Shown in pieces: positions 1 through 9,100 of a stretch of DNA of 64,000 bases. Below the pieces are notes generated by a model, which was not told the origin of the DNA, searched no databases, and saw only the letters and a program-made list of their open reading frames with translations. The translations under genes and the position numbers were made by a program. Every line of letters starts with the position of its first letter. Position 1 is the first letter of the stretch. Source of the stretch: an uncultured bacterium (GTDB lineage: Bacteria; Patescibacteriota; Minisyncoccia; Minisyncoccales; UBA5738); contig CAINCQ010000024.1 of NCBI GenBank assembly GCA_903847095.1, forward strand, positions 126,618 to 190,617. Reading direction: 5' to 3'.

Positions 1-432
1 TCGATCATCGGGTTGATCGCCGCGACTTTTTATGCCGTAGCCAAACAGGATCAGCACGAAGAAGCCGCTTTGATGGAAAAGTTAAAGCTAAAGGGTTATA
101 TGTGGAAAAGAAAGACCGCCCAAATATTATTTTATCTGGCGGCGATCACGGCGGTATTAATCATAGCTGGGGTAATGAGGTCGGGTATGTACATGAGCGA
201 AGGGTCGCTGATCTTCATGTATTTACCGGTCATTATCGGGCTTTTCGGCTGGCGTGCGGCCAGTGTTCGATATGAAGATATGCCGTTGTTCGCCGAGTTG
301 GAAGCTAAAGGATATTCGACCTGGACGATGCGCAAGATTGGTCAAAGCAAAAAGCTATTCATTGTTTTCTTCTCCCTGCTGTTTTTGGCAATTTCCTGGC
401 TGACGGTAGCTTTGTTGATGCTCACTGTTTAG
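1..432 (+). CDS. Hypothetical membrane protein, probably 5'-truncated by the window edge
   Basis: Frame is open from position 1; several hydrophobic helices; terminator hairpin at 458-490. Confidence 0.6.
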   Translation, partial: SIIGLIAATFYAVAKQDQHEEAALMEKLKLKGYMWKRKTAQILFYLAAITAVLIIAGVMRSGMYMSEGSLIFMYLPVIIGLFGWRAASVRYEDMPLFAELEAKGYSTWTMRKIGQSKKLFIVFFSLLFLAISWLTVALLMLTV

Positions 433-576
433 GTTTTAAGGCAGGGGAGCGCGTAAAGGATGTCGAATCGCAATTCGGCGTCCTTTTTTGTTTTTTCATT
501 TTACGGCCGGTAGAAAATAAGCTATGAATATGTTAATGATATTGTTCTTTTAAATTAATTAGGACCGGAGGAAGAA

Positions 577-858
577 TTGTTGAAGCTGAATTGTTTTAGC
601 CGAACCAAGCATGATTCCACAGCCTCAATAATAAAGGCTTTGCCGCGCGATATACCCCTTAAAGAGCTGGACATTCTTTATTATGACCGGACGATCAAAC
701 AGAGTAGGCGGTACGTTCTTTTTAGCGGCATGATAAGCATGGGGAAGGACGGTTTGGAAGTATTAGAGCTGGATCAGGGCAAAAAGGTAAGGTGTTTTTT
801 CAGTAGCCTGGATATCAAAAATATGAAGATCGAGGAAGTTTCTTACTTGGAGTCATGA
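577..858 (+). CDS. Hypothetical protein (ORFan)
   Basis: GGAGGA Shine-Dalgarno before a TTG start; terminator AACCGCTTT..AAAGCGGTTTT directly after the stop. Confidence 0.55.
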   Translation: MLKLNCFSRTKHDSTASIIKALPRDIPLKELDILYYDRTIKQSRRYVLFSGMISMGKDGLEVLELDQGKKVRCFFSSLDIKNMKIEEVSYLES

Positions 859-952
859 ACCGCTTTTCCCAAAGCGGTTTTTTCTTACTAAGCATGTTTT
901 CTTGCGCAAAAGGCGGAATCAAGATAAATTATGGCAAAGGAGGTCTTTAACA

Positions 953-1264
953 ATGGAGATCAAAGTAGAAAGGGAGAGGGTTTGGAATGGTTTGCGGGCC
1001 GCGGGCTACGCCGAGGGCCCGATTTTTCTCGCGGCCAAGGTTTTTGAGTTGAGCGACGGGGATTTGGATATATTGGTGGGCGATCTTATAAGCAAAGGCA
1101 AGGCTCTCACGCCCCTAGAGGAATGGATCGCGGTTTATGCCAAGCACGCGACTTGGGAAAGGGGCAAAATTGTTGCCCGGAAAAGACAGGCGAAAGAAGA
1201 TCATCCTTACCGCCAGATCACCGCGAGGGAGGCGCGCCGGGCGCGTAGCCAGCGTCCTCGGTAG
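953..1264 (+). CDS. Hypothetical protein (ORFan)
   Basis: AAGGAGGT at 938-945 favours the ATG at 953 over the ORF-track start at 902; terminator follows. Confidence 0.6.
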   Translation: MEIKVERERVWNGLRAAGYAEGPIFLAAKVFELSDGDLDILVGDLISKGKALTPLEEWIAVYAKHATWERGKIVARKRQAKEDHPYRQITAREARRARSQRPR

Positions 1265-1287
1265 CATATTTTTTGAAATCACCGATC

Positions 1288-1320
1288 AAAACCCCGTAGA
1301 AAGCGGGGTTTTCTTTTTTT
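1288..1320 (+). terminator. Rho-independent terminator
   Basis: AAAACCCCG-loop-CGGGGTTTT followed by a T-tract. Confidence 0.75.
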
Positions 1321-1389
1321 CTATGTTTTCCTTGACTTTTCCTAATTATAATATATGATATTGGTGAAAACAAAAAAAGGAGAGATACG

Positions 1390-1704
1390 ATGCTGGAAGA
1401 TAATACATCGGATTTGGCGGATACGGATTTAAGGAAGAGTTTGGCAATCCGGATCATAAATGGCGAGATCGTGGAAGTTTTACAGCGGCTTTGCTTAGCG
1501 CCGCTTAGCGAAATCGTTTCGCTGTATTATGCAAGTTTTTTTACGATGGATCTTGCGGAATATTCCGACGAGGATCAGTGGGCGATTCGTAATACCGCTG
1601 ACGAGTTGGATTATTTTGTAGCGATTGAGCTTCGGCGTAAGGCTATCGAGGCCGGAGCTAAAGATAATGCGATGGACTATCTAATCAAAAACCCCGGCAG
1701 ATAA
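1390..1704 (+). CDS. Hypothetical protein (ORFan)
   Basis: TTGACT-16nt-TATGAT promoter at 1332-1359, AAGGAG RBS, terminator at 1688-1720. Confidence 0.6.
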   Translation: MLEDNTSDLADTDLRKSLAIRIINGEIVEVLQRLCLAPLSEIVSLYYASFFTMDLAEYSDEDQWAIRNTADELDYFVAIELRRKAIEAGAKDNAMDYLIKNPGR

Positions 1705-1720
1705 GCGGGGTTTTCTTTTT
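1688..1720. terminator. Bidirectional Rho-independent terminator between convergent genes
   Basis: AAAACCCCG..CGGGGTTTT stem flanked by A- and T-tracts. Confidence 0.7.
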
Positions 1721-1734
1721 GATAAAAATAATTA

Positions 1735-2082
1735 CTATCCTTTCGCTTTTTCGACGATTTTTACGAACACTTCCGGATAGAGAGTCGTAAGTTCGGAAAG
1801 GATCTTCCTATCGATGATGATATTGTTCTTTTTCAGGGATCCCATCAAGCGGCTGTAAGACATGCCGTTTTGGCGGCTCAAGGCGTTGATGTGGATGCTC
1901 CACAAGGCGCGATTGTTCCGTTTTTTGGTTTTCCGGTCCCGGAAAGCGTAAGACCAGGCTTTATAAACGCCTTGTTTGGCCGCGGCCAATTTTGACTTCC
2001 GGCCCCAGCGGAAACCTTTCGCATATTCGATAAGATGTTTTCTTTTCTTGTGATGGATTGTGCCTCTTTTTACGCGTGTCAT
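1735..2082 (-). CDS. rplT: 50S ribosomal protein L20
   Basis: MTRVKRG..AKGFRWGR..YAFRDRKTKKRNNRALW..INA; last gene of infC-rpmI-rplT. Confidence 0.98.
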   Translation of the reverse strand: MTRVKRGTIHHKKRKHLIEYAKGFRWGRKSKLAAAKQGVYKAWSYAFRDRKTKKRNNRALWSIHINALSRQNGMSYSRLMGSLKKNNIIIDRKILSELTTLYPEVFVKIVEKAKG

Positions 2083-2088
2083 ATTAAT

Positions 2089-2172
2089 AAATAAAGTTTA
2101 TTAAGCCTTTTAAGCGCCTTATGTTAGGTATTGCTCAAAAGACTTAACCGGCTTATTAAGCTTAACCGGCCG
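2089..2172. repeat. Degenerate 9-nt-period TTAAG palindromic intergenic element, copy 1
   Basis: TTAAGCCTTTTAAGC at 2101-2115 is identical to 3370-3384; inverted arm GCTCAAAAGACTTAA. Confidence 0.6.
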
Positions 2173-2177
2173 ATTTG

Positions 2178-2363
2178 TTACTTGATGATCAGCTTCTTGA
2201 TCTTTTTGGCTTCCGATTTGTTGACCAAAACCCATTTGCGTCCCTTTCTTATCCTATTTCCGGATTTTTTGACGCGGTAATGGTTAGCGCCCGAAAGTCT
2301 CCTTAAAAGTTTACCGGTCTTGGTCAATTTGAACCGTTTGGTGATCGATTTTCTTGTTTTCAT
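2178..2363 (-). CDS. rpmI: 50S ribosomal protein L35
   Basis: MKTRKSITKRFKLTKTGK; operon position. Confidence 0.96.
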   Translation of the reverse strand: MKTRKSITKRFKLTKTGKLLRRLSGANHYRVKKSGNRIRKGRKWVLVNKSEAKKIKKLIIK

Positions 2364-2370
2364 GATTTTA

Positions 2371-2877
2371 TTAGGCTTGCTTTGAAACAATCATTGTGAA
2401 GCCGTGTTGCTCTCTTTTTAATTCCTTATCGATCTTGCAGGGGATAAGTTTTCCCAACATTTCGAGGAATTGGCTTACTTTTTCCTTCGATATATTTCCA
2501 AAGGCTTTTTCCCGGCCCCTTAAACGCAACTCGATCTTTACTTTATCGCCTTTCTTCAGGAATTTTTCCGCCTGCGTAGCCCTCATTTCCATGTCGTGCG
2601 GGGAAATATTGTAGCTTAACCTTATTCCTTTGACCTCGCTTGTTTTTTTCGGGCTTTTATCTTTTTTTTGCAAAGCGTAAAGGTACTTTCCGTATTCCGT
2701 GATCTTTACGACCGGCGGAACGGTTTTTTCCGTGACCTGGACAAGGTCCAGGTTTTTCGCCCAAGCGGCTTCCAGGGCTTCTTTCAGTGTAATGACCCCA
2801 ATTTGGTGGTCGTTCTCATCGATCAATCTTACCTGCGAAGCTCTTATTTGGTTGTTTACTAATGGTTTTTTGAACAC
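2371..2877 (-). CDS. infC: Translation initiation factor IF-3
   Basis: NNQIRASQVRLID..LDLVQV..PPVVKI..YGKY..GDKVK..LRGRE; non-ATG start as is usual for infC. Confidence 0.97.
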   Translation of the reverse strand: MFKKPLVNNQIRASQVRLIDENDHQIGVITLKEALEAAWAKNLDLVQVTEKTVPPVVKITEYGKYLYALQKKDKSPKKTSEVKGIRLSYNISPHDMEMRATQAEKFLKKGDKVKIELRLRGREKAFGNISKEKVSQFLEMLGKLIPCKIDKELKREQHGFTMIVSKQA

Positions 2878-2879
2878 TC

Positions 2880-2958
2880 TTTAAATCGGTTAATTAATTT
2901 TTGTTAAGTCGGTTAAGGTTTTTAAGTAAAATACTCGATTCTCTTAAAAAACTTAAAA
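2880..2958. repeat. Degenerate 9-nt-period TTAAG palindromic intergenic element, copy 2
   Basis: TTAAGGTTTTTAAG at 2913-2926 pairs with CTTAAAAAACTTAA at 2943-2956. Confidence 0.55.
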
Positions 2959-2969
2959 GACCATTGCTG

Positions 2970-3328
2970 TGGAGAAGACGGGACTTGAACCCGTATCTGG
3001 AAAACGAACGGCTGAAAAAGGTGATACAAGCTTAGTCCGATTTGATAGGGATCATAAGATAGAAACCGGACAAAATTCTTATGAGCCTAGCCCCTGAATT
3101 TCGGCTGGTTTGCCGGAGCCAAAACTTACAGCCTATCTCCCGTGAATTATACCCGAAAAGCTTAAGAGAGATTCAGCCGACCGGATAGCATTATACTAAC
3201 GGTTAAGCGAAAGCTAATGCGGGTTGTTCAAATAAGTTATTGACACTTATAGGTTTGCCGGTTTTTACAAGATCCAGCTACTTGGCTTGTCTGTTTCAGG
3301 TCGTAATCCATCGAATCCTTTCATCCCC
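2970..3328 (-). ncRNA. ssrA: tmRNA
   Basis: 5' GGGGATGAAAGGATTCGA; 3' T-arm GGGTTCAAGTCCC; acceptor stem with G3.U; tag frame 3244-3203 reads VNNLFEQPALAFA*; adjacent to smpB; CCA not encoded. Confidence 0.96.
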
Positions 3329-3335
3329 ATAAAAA

Positions 3336-3422
3336 CAACCGATACGGCTTATTAAGTTTGTTGAGCCGATTAAGCCTTTTAAGCAAAAACGCTTAAAAAA
3401 CCTAAAGGATTTAACACGCTTA
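3336..3422. repeat. Degenerate 9-nt-period TTAAG palindromic intergenic element, copy 3
   Basis: TTAAGCCTTTTAAGC-AAAAAC-GCTTAAAAAACCTAA hairpin, with TTAAG/TTGAG units spaced 9 nt apart upstream. Confidence 0.6.
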
Positions 3423-3881
3423 ATACGTTTTTAGCGTGCGCTGGATTTCCCGCAGGGTTTCGCGTTTTTTTATCGATTCGCGCTTGTCGTACTTCTTTTT
3501 TCCGCGCGCTACGCCAAACTCAAGCTTGATCTTTCCAGAGCCGTCATCACGTCCTTTAGTATATAACTTAAGAGGCACAAAAGTCAAGCCTCTTTCGCTT
3601 GTTTTGCCGATAAGGTAGTCGATTTCCTTCTTTTTAAGCAGGAGTTTGCGCGTTCTCTCCGGGTCGTATGACAGGGAAACGTTGTTTGGCTGGTAGGGCG
3701 GGATTTTGACGCCGATCCAAAAAATTCCATCGGTTTTAGCCAAAACATAAGAGCCCGCGAGACTGATGCCTCTCGTTTTCAACGACTTTACCTCCTGTCC
3801 CGAAAGTATTATTCCAGCTTCGAATTTTTCGCCGATTTCATAGTTGAACCGGGCTTTTTTGTTTTCCGCCAATAATTTCAT
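3420..3881 (-). CDS. smpB: SsrA-binding protein
   Basis: NKKARFNYEI..EAGIILSGQEVKSL..DPERTRKLLL..ARGKKKYDKRE. Confidence 0.98.
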   Translation of the reverse strand: MKLLAENKKARFNYEIGEKFEAGIILSGQEVKSLKTRGISLAGSYVLAKTDGIFWIGVKIPPYQPNNVSLSYDPERTRKLLLKKKEIDYLIGKTSERGLTFVPLKLYTKGRDDGSGKIKLEFGVARGKKKYDKRESIKKRETLREIQRTLKTY

Positions 3882-3963
3882 CCGTTTTTCGTTCTTTTAT
3901 TTTAGCAGAGTTTGGGCTAAACTGATAAAAAAGAACGGGTTCATATAACACATCATAAAAGAA

Positions 3964-5571
3964 ATGATTCGTCAAGAAATAAAGACAGCGGTTTTTAACG
4001 CGGTTCAGTCTCTGGCTCGTGATAAATCGATATCGGTAGACGGTTTTGACCTAAGGGTTGACGCGATAGCCATGGATTTTTCGAAAGATCGCAGTCATGG
4101 AGATTACGCTTCCAATGTTGCTTTGCAGATCGCCAAAGCGACCGGTAAGAATCCGAAAGATCTCGCGGGACTGGTCAAGATGAGGATCGAGGATAGTGTC
4201 GGCAAGGGCTTTTTTGAAAAGATCGAGGTTGCGGGTCCCGGTTTCATCAATTTTTACGTGTCAAACAAATATTTTCAAAAGGAAGTTTCCCGGATCTTAA
4301 AAGAAAAAGAAAAGTTCGGTTCTTTGGATATCGGGCGAAAAAGGAAAACGCAGGTTGAGTTCATCTCGGCCAATCCTTCGGGCCAGTTGCATATCGGACA
4401 TGGCCGGGGCGCTTTTTTTGGCGATGTTTTGGCGCGAATACTGGCCAAAGCCGGGTATAAGACCGAAAAAGAATTCTATGTCAACGATGCCCGGGTTTCC
4501 AATCAGATCCAGGAATTAGGTAAAACGGCGATGGGCCGCGGCGAGACCTACCTTTCTCCGTATTTGAAAAACTTGATCGAAAAATTGGCGCCCCGGCTTT
4601 CGGGTATGGTTTCGGAAACCGAAGCCGGTTATTACTTGGCCCAAGCGGTGTTAAAGGATCTGAAGGCGTTCATTACGGATAAACTCGGCATTAAGTTCGA
4701 TTATTGGATATCCGAAGAAAGCCTGTATAAAGAAAGCCTGGTCATAGCCACTTACGACATTCTCAAGAAGAAAAATCTGGTTTTCGAAAAAGACGATGCC
4801 TATTGGCTTCGATTGTCGGATTTTGGCGAAAAAGACGAGGTTTTACTGCGGAAGAACGGAAGTCCGACTTATTTTCTTTCGGATATCGCTTATCACCGCT
4901 ACAAGATCGAACGGGGCTACCAAAAGATCATCGATGTCTGGGGGGCTGACCACCAAGGGCACATTCCCCGCATGAAGACAGTGATGCAGATTCTAAGTTA
5001 TAAAGGAGAATACCAGGTTTTAATTTCGCAATTGGTGCGTCTTAAAGGAGGCAAGATGTCGAAGAGGGAAGGCAATATTGTTACTTTGGAGTCATTGATC
5101 GATGAAGTCGGGTTGGATGCCGGCAGGTTTTTTTACTTGGTTAAATCGCTGGACACGCAGATGGAATTCGATGTGGATCTGGCCAAGGAAAAAAGCGAGA
5201 AGAGTCCGGTTTTTTACGCCCAATACGCTTATGCCCGGATATCAAGTATTTTAAGAAAGGCCAAAGGCAATACCCTCGATTCCCGTTCGGTATTGGGATC
5301 ATTGGTTTATTCAAGCGAGATCGAGCTTATCAAAGAGCTTTTACGCCTTCAGGAAGTGGTTGAAGATACGGCCGCCGATTGCCAGGTGCAGCGTCTGTTC
5401 CAGTATTCCCTGGACGTGGCCACCAGTTTTCATAAGTTCTACGGCGAATGCCGGGTAATCTCCGAAGATAAAAAACTGACTGCTGCTCGGTTGCAACTGG
5501 TAAGAGCGACTAAAATCGTTTTGAAAAATACTTTTGACCTGATGGGTATTTCCGCCCCGGAAAAGATGTAA
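3964..5571 (+). CDS. argS: Arginine--tRNA ligase
   Basis: HGDYASN, AGPGFINF, VEFISANPSGQLHIGH, KMSKR, YAQYAYARI, C-terminal APEKM. Confidence 0.98.
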   Translation: MIRQEIKTAVFNAVQSLARDKSISVDGFDLRVDAIAMDFSKDRSHGDYASNVALQIAKATGKNPKDLAGLVKMRIEDSVGKGFFEKIEVAGPGFINFYVSNKYFQKEVSRILKEKEKFGSLDIGRKRKTQVEFISANPSGQLHIGHGRGAFFGDVLARILAKAGYKTEKEFYVNDARVSNQIQELGKTAMGRGETYLSPYLKNLIEKLAPRLSGMVSETEAGYYLAQAVLKDLKAFITDKLGIKFDYWISEESLYKESLVIATYDILKKKNLVFEKDDAYWLRLSDFGEKDEVLLRKNGSPTYFLSDIAYHRYKIERGYQKIIDVWGADHQGHIPRMKTVMQILSYKGEYQVLISQLVRLKGGKMSKREGNIVTLESLIDEVGLDAGRFFYLVKSLDTQMEFDVDLAKEKSEKSPVFYAQYAYARISSILRKAKGNTLDSRSVLGSLVYSSEIELIKELLRLQEVVEDTAADCQVQRLFQYSLDVATSFHKFYGECRVISEDKKLTAARLQLVRATKIVLKNTFDLMGISAPEKM

Positions 5572-5587
5572 TTTTTTGCGGACCGCG

Positions 5588-5908
5588 CTAAATCCGAGAA
5601 TAAAAGGCTAAAGAATAAAAAGCTCGGAGATATTTCTCCGGCTGTTGGACTATGCTTACAATATTCGCGAGCCCCGGTTTTTGGCCGTTGGGCTCAAGAA
5701 AATAAGTCGCTTTTTCTGTTTTCACCAACACCAGATTTCCGTCTGGCCTGGCGTCGAAGTTATGGGTAGCCAGGACGAACGCGAGATCCGGAGCGTCTAT
5801 AAGGCGGTCTTCATGACCTGCCAAATAGAGTATGAGTTCGTTGTCGGTACAAGCGGCGGTAGTTGACACCAAGATCAAAACCGCCATAATTACCCGTATT
5901 AAATCCAT
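5588..5908 (-). CDS. Small secreted hypothetical protein
   Basis: Signal-peptide-like N-terminus MDLIRVIMAVLILVSTTAA; own TTGACA promoter (5955 going leftward); motif DLAFVLATHNFDA..PNGQKPGLA. Confidence 0.7.
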   Translation of the reverse strand: MDLIRVIMAVLILVSTTAACTDNELILYLAGHEDRLIDAPDLAFVLATHNFDARPDGNLVLVKTEKATYFLEPNGQKPGLANIVSIVQQPEKYLRAFYSLAFYSRI

Positions 5909-6181
5909 TGTCGTGCCTCGCTGTATTCTTATATTATATAATATATTATTGTCAATAGGTAGAGTATCGGATTGTCCCAATAAGGCGAAGCAAAAAACTT
6001 AGTTTTTTTGTGTAACGCGGCTATTGCGGAGACATCCTGACCATGCGTGTTTTCAAGACCGGCTTCTTCCACGCCCGGTTTGCTATATTGCCAGAAAGTT
6101 CCCACCGGAGTTTTTTTTCTTAGCCGGATCTGCTAAAATTTAAATATTAGTAAGCCAAACCAACATTTGGTATTTTAACTT

Positions 6182-9100
6182 ATGGAAAGCAATTTCAACC
6201 AAAAAGAAAAAGAAATTATTGCTTTTTGGAATCAAAACAAGATTTTCGAAAGATCGGTCGCGGCCCGGGCGCGCGCCAAGGATTTTGTTTTTTTTGAAGG
6301 GCCGCCCACTGCCAATGCCAAACCCGGATTCCACCATGTCCTAACGCGGATCTTCAAGGACATTATTTGCCGTTACAAAACAATGGAGGGTTTTCGGGTC
6401 ATCCGCCGCGCCGGATGGGACACTCACGGTTTACCCGTGGAACTTCAGGTTGAAAAAAAACTGGGATTCACGCAGAAAAAAGATATTGAAAAATACGGAA
6501 TAGCCGAATTCAACAAAAAGTGCAAAGAATCGGTTTGGGAATACAAAAAAGATTTTGAGGCCCTCACCGAGCGCGTCGGTTTTTGGGTGGACATGTCCGA
6601 TCCTTACATTACATATGATCGCCGCTACATGGAATCGGTCTGGTTCCTTTTGAAAACGGCTTGGGACAAAAAGCTTCTTTTTCAGGATTACAAGGTGGTG
6701 CCTTATTGTCCGCGTTGCGGAACTCCTTTGTCGAGCCATGAGGTGGCGCAGGGATACAAGTTGGTGAAGGAGCCTTCGATCTTCGTAAAATTCCGGATCA
6801 TTAATTCCGAATATAAAAACTGTTCCTTGTTGATTTGGACCACGACGCCTTGGACCTTGCCGGGTAATGTGGCTGTGGCCGTGAATGAAAAATTCCAGTA
6901 CGTGAAAGTACGGCTGAACAGCCAACCGGACGAGATTTTAATCTTGGCCAAGGAACGGTTGGCGGTACTGGGTTCCGAATATGAAGTCTTGGCCGAATTC
7001 CCGGGAAAGGACTTGGCTGGCTTGCGATACGAACCGATTTTTCCCTTTTCGGAAGAAGCCGGCCAGAATGCTTATAAAGTGATCATGGCGGATTTCGTTT
7101 CTTTGCAGGATGGTTCCGGTTTGGTCCATATCGCGCCGGCCTTCGGCGAAGACGATATGAATGTTATTAAAGATCAAAACAAGGTCTTAAAGCAGAAGGG
7201 CGAACCGGAATTCCCGGTGATTATGACCGTCAACGAAGATGGAAAATTCAGTCTCGATACCAAGCAATGGGCGGGGCTGTTCGTCAAGGCGGCCGACCCG
7301 CTGATCATCGAAGACCTTAAAAAACGCAATCTGCTTTTCAAGGTAGAACTTTACGAGCATGACTATCCTTTCTGCTGGCGTTGTAAGACGCCCTTGATCT
7401 ATTACGCCAAAAAAAGCTGGTTCATCGAAATGTCAAAATTACGCGGCGAACTGATTGCCAATAACAAATTGATTAACTGGGTTCCGGCCTATATCAAAGA
7501 TGGCCGTTTTGGGGAATGGCTTAAGGAGGCCAAGGATTGGGCGATCTCCCGCGAACGATATTGGGGAACGCCCTTGCCGATCTGGCAATGTTTGAGTTGC
7601 GGCCAAAATACGGTGATCGGTTCGGTTGGCGATCTTTTGTCCCAGAAATATTCGACCAATCGTTATTTTCTTTTCCGGCACGGAGATTCCGAGCGACAGC
7701 TTAAAAAAATATCCAGTTGCTGGCCGGAGGTTAAGCCTCTTTCTTTAACGGCCGAGGGGAAGGCCGAGGTTCAAAAAAGAGCCCAAAAACTCTCTAAGGA
7801 AAAGATTGACTTGATTATATCCTCCGATCTTGAACGGACCAAGCAGACGGCCCAAATGATCGCGTCAGAAACGGGTGCTAAGGTTATTTACGATAAACGG
7901 TTAAGGGAATTCAATGTCGGGGTTTTCAACGGAAAGGACCCCAAGACGGTTTGGGATTTTTTGAACAGTCAGGAGAAGCCTTTGGAAACGAACGTGCCTA
8001 AGGGTGAAAGCTTGAATGCTATCAGAAAAAGGGTTTATGATCTCATAAACTCTGTGAACGCAAAATATCATGATCAGAATATCGTCTTTGTTTCCCATGA
8101 AATCCCGCTCACAGTTCTTCAAGGGACATTAAACGGCCTTGACCTTAAAGAAATCGTTGAATCAAGATATTTAAAGCCCAAAGCCAAGATCGCGACCGCC
8201 GAGTGGCGCGAGATTGAATTCCGCAAGCTGCCGTTCAACGAAAACATGGAGATCGATCTGCACCGTCCTTATGTGGACGGAGTGGATTTTGCGTGTCCCA
8301 AGTGTTCGGGTACGGCTAAGAAGATTCCTGACGTGGTGGATGTCTGGTTTGATTCCGGGGCAATGCCTTTTGCCCAGGCTCATTGGCCTTGGCTTACCGG
8401 ATCCTCCGGCGCGGGCGGTCCTTTCGAAGATTCCAAAGCGGGGTCAAAAAGCGGAAAATTAAAACCTCCCGCGCATTTTCCGGCTGATTTCATATCGGAA
8501 GCGATTGACCAGACCCGCGGCTGGTTTTACACTCTGCTGGCGATTTCCACGTTTTTGGGGTTTGGCGCTCCCTACAAGAACGTCATTTCGCTTGGGCACG
8601 TGCTTGACGCCAAAGGCGAGAAGATGTCCAAGTCAAAAGGCAATATCGTCGATCTTTGGCAGTTGACCGAAAAATACAGCGCCGATGCCATCAGATGGTA
8701 TTTTTACACGGTGAACAATCCCGGCGAATACAAACTTTTTGCCGAAAGAGATATTGACCAGGCGATGAAAAAGTTCATTCTGACCGTTTTTAACTGCCGC
8801 GTTTTTTTAGAGACTTACGCCCCGGGGGTCAAGGCGCCTAAAATCGTGATACCCAGACATGTGCTTGACCGTTGGATCGTGTCGCGGCTTGCCCAAGTGG
8901 CCGGGGAGGTTAAACAGCTTTTGGATACTTACGATATCACGACCGCCGCTCGGAAGCTTGATGATTTTGCCGTCAAAGACTTGTCTCTTTGGTATGTTCG
9001 CCGCTCCCGGCGCCGCTTGCAGCAACCAAAGGTTGCCATGGAGCTCCGCCAGGCTTCCCAGGTATTCGCTTATGTTTTGATGGAATTCGCGAAGATCGCG

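Noticed and set aside
2089-3422. Possible CRISPR array from the recurring TTAAG motifs
   Set aside because: Units are 9-nt degenerate repeats in separate intergenic gaps, with no constant 23-47-nt repeat, no unique spacers and no cas genes
5980-6180. T-box or c-di-GMP riboswitch upstream of ileS
   Set aside because: No T-box consensus (GGTGGNACCGCG) or specifier stem found; the GCAAACCGG similarity on the minus strand is too partial
7650-8250. Intein or intron in ileS
   Set aside because: No C/S..HN splice-junction residues or LAGLIDADG motifs; the insert is in frame and reads as a histidine phosphatase
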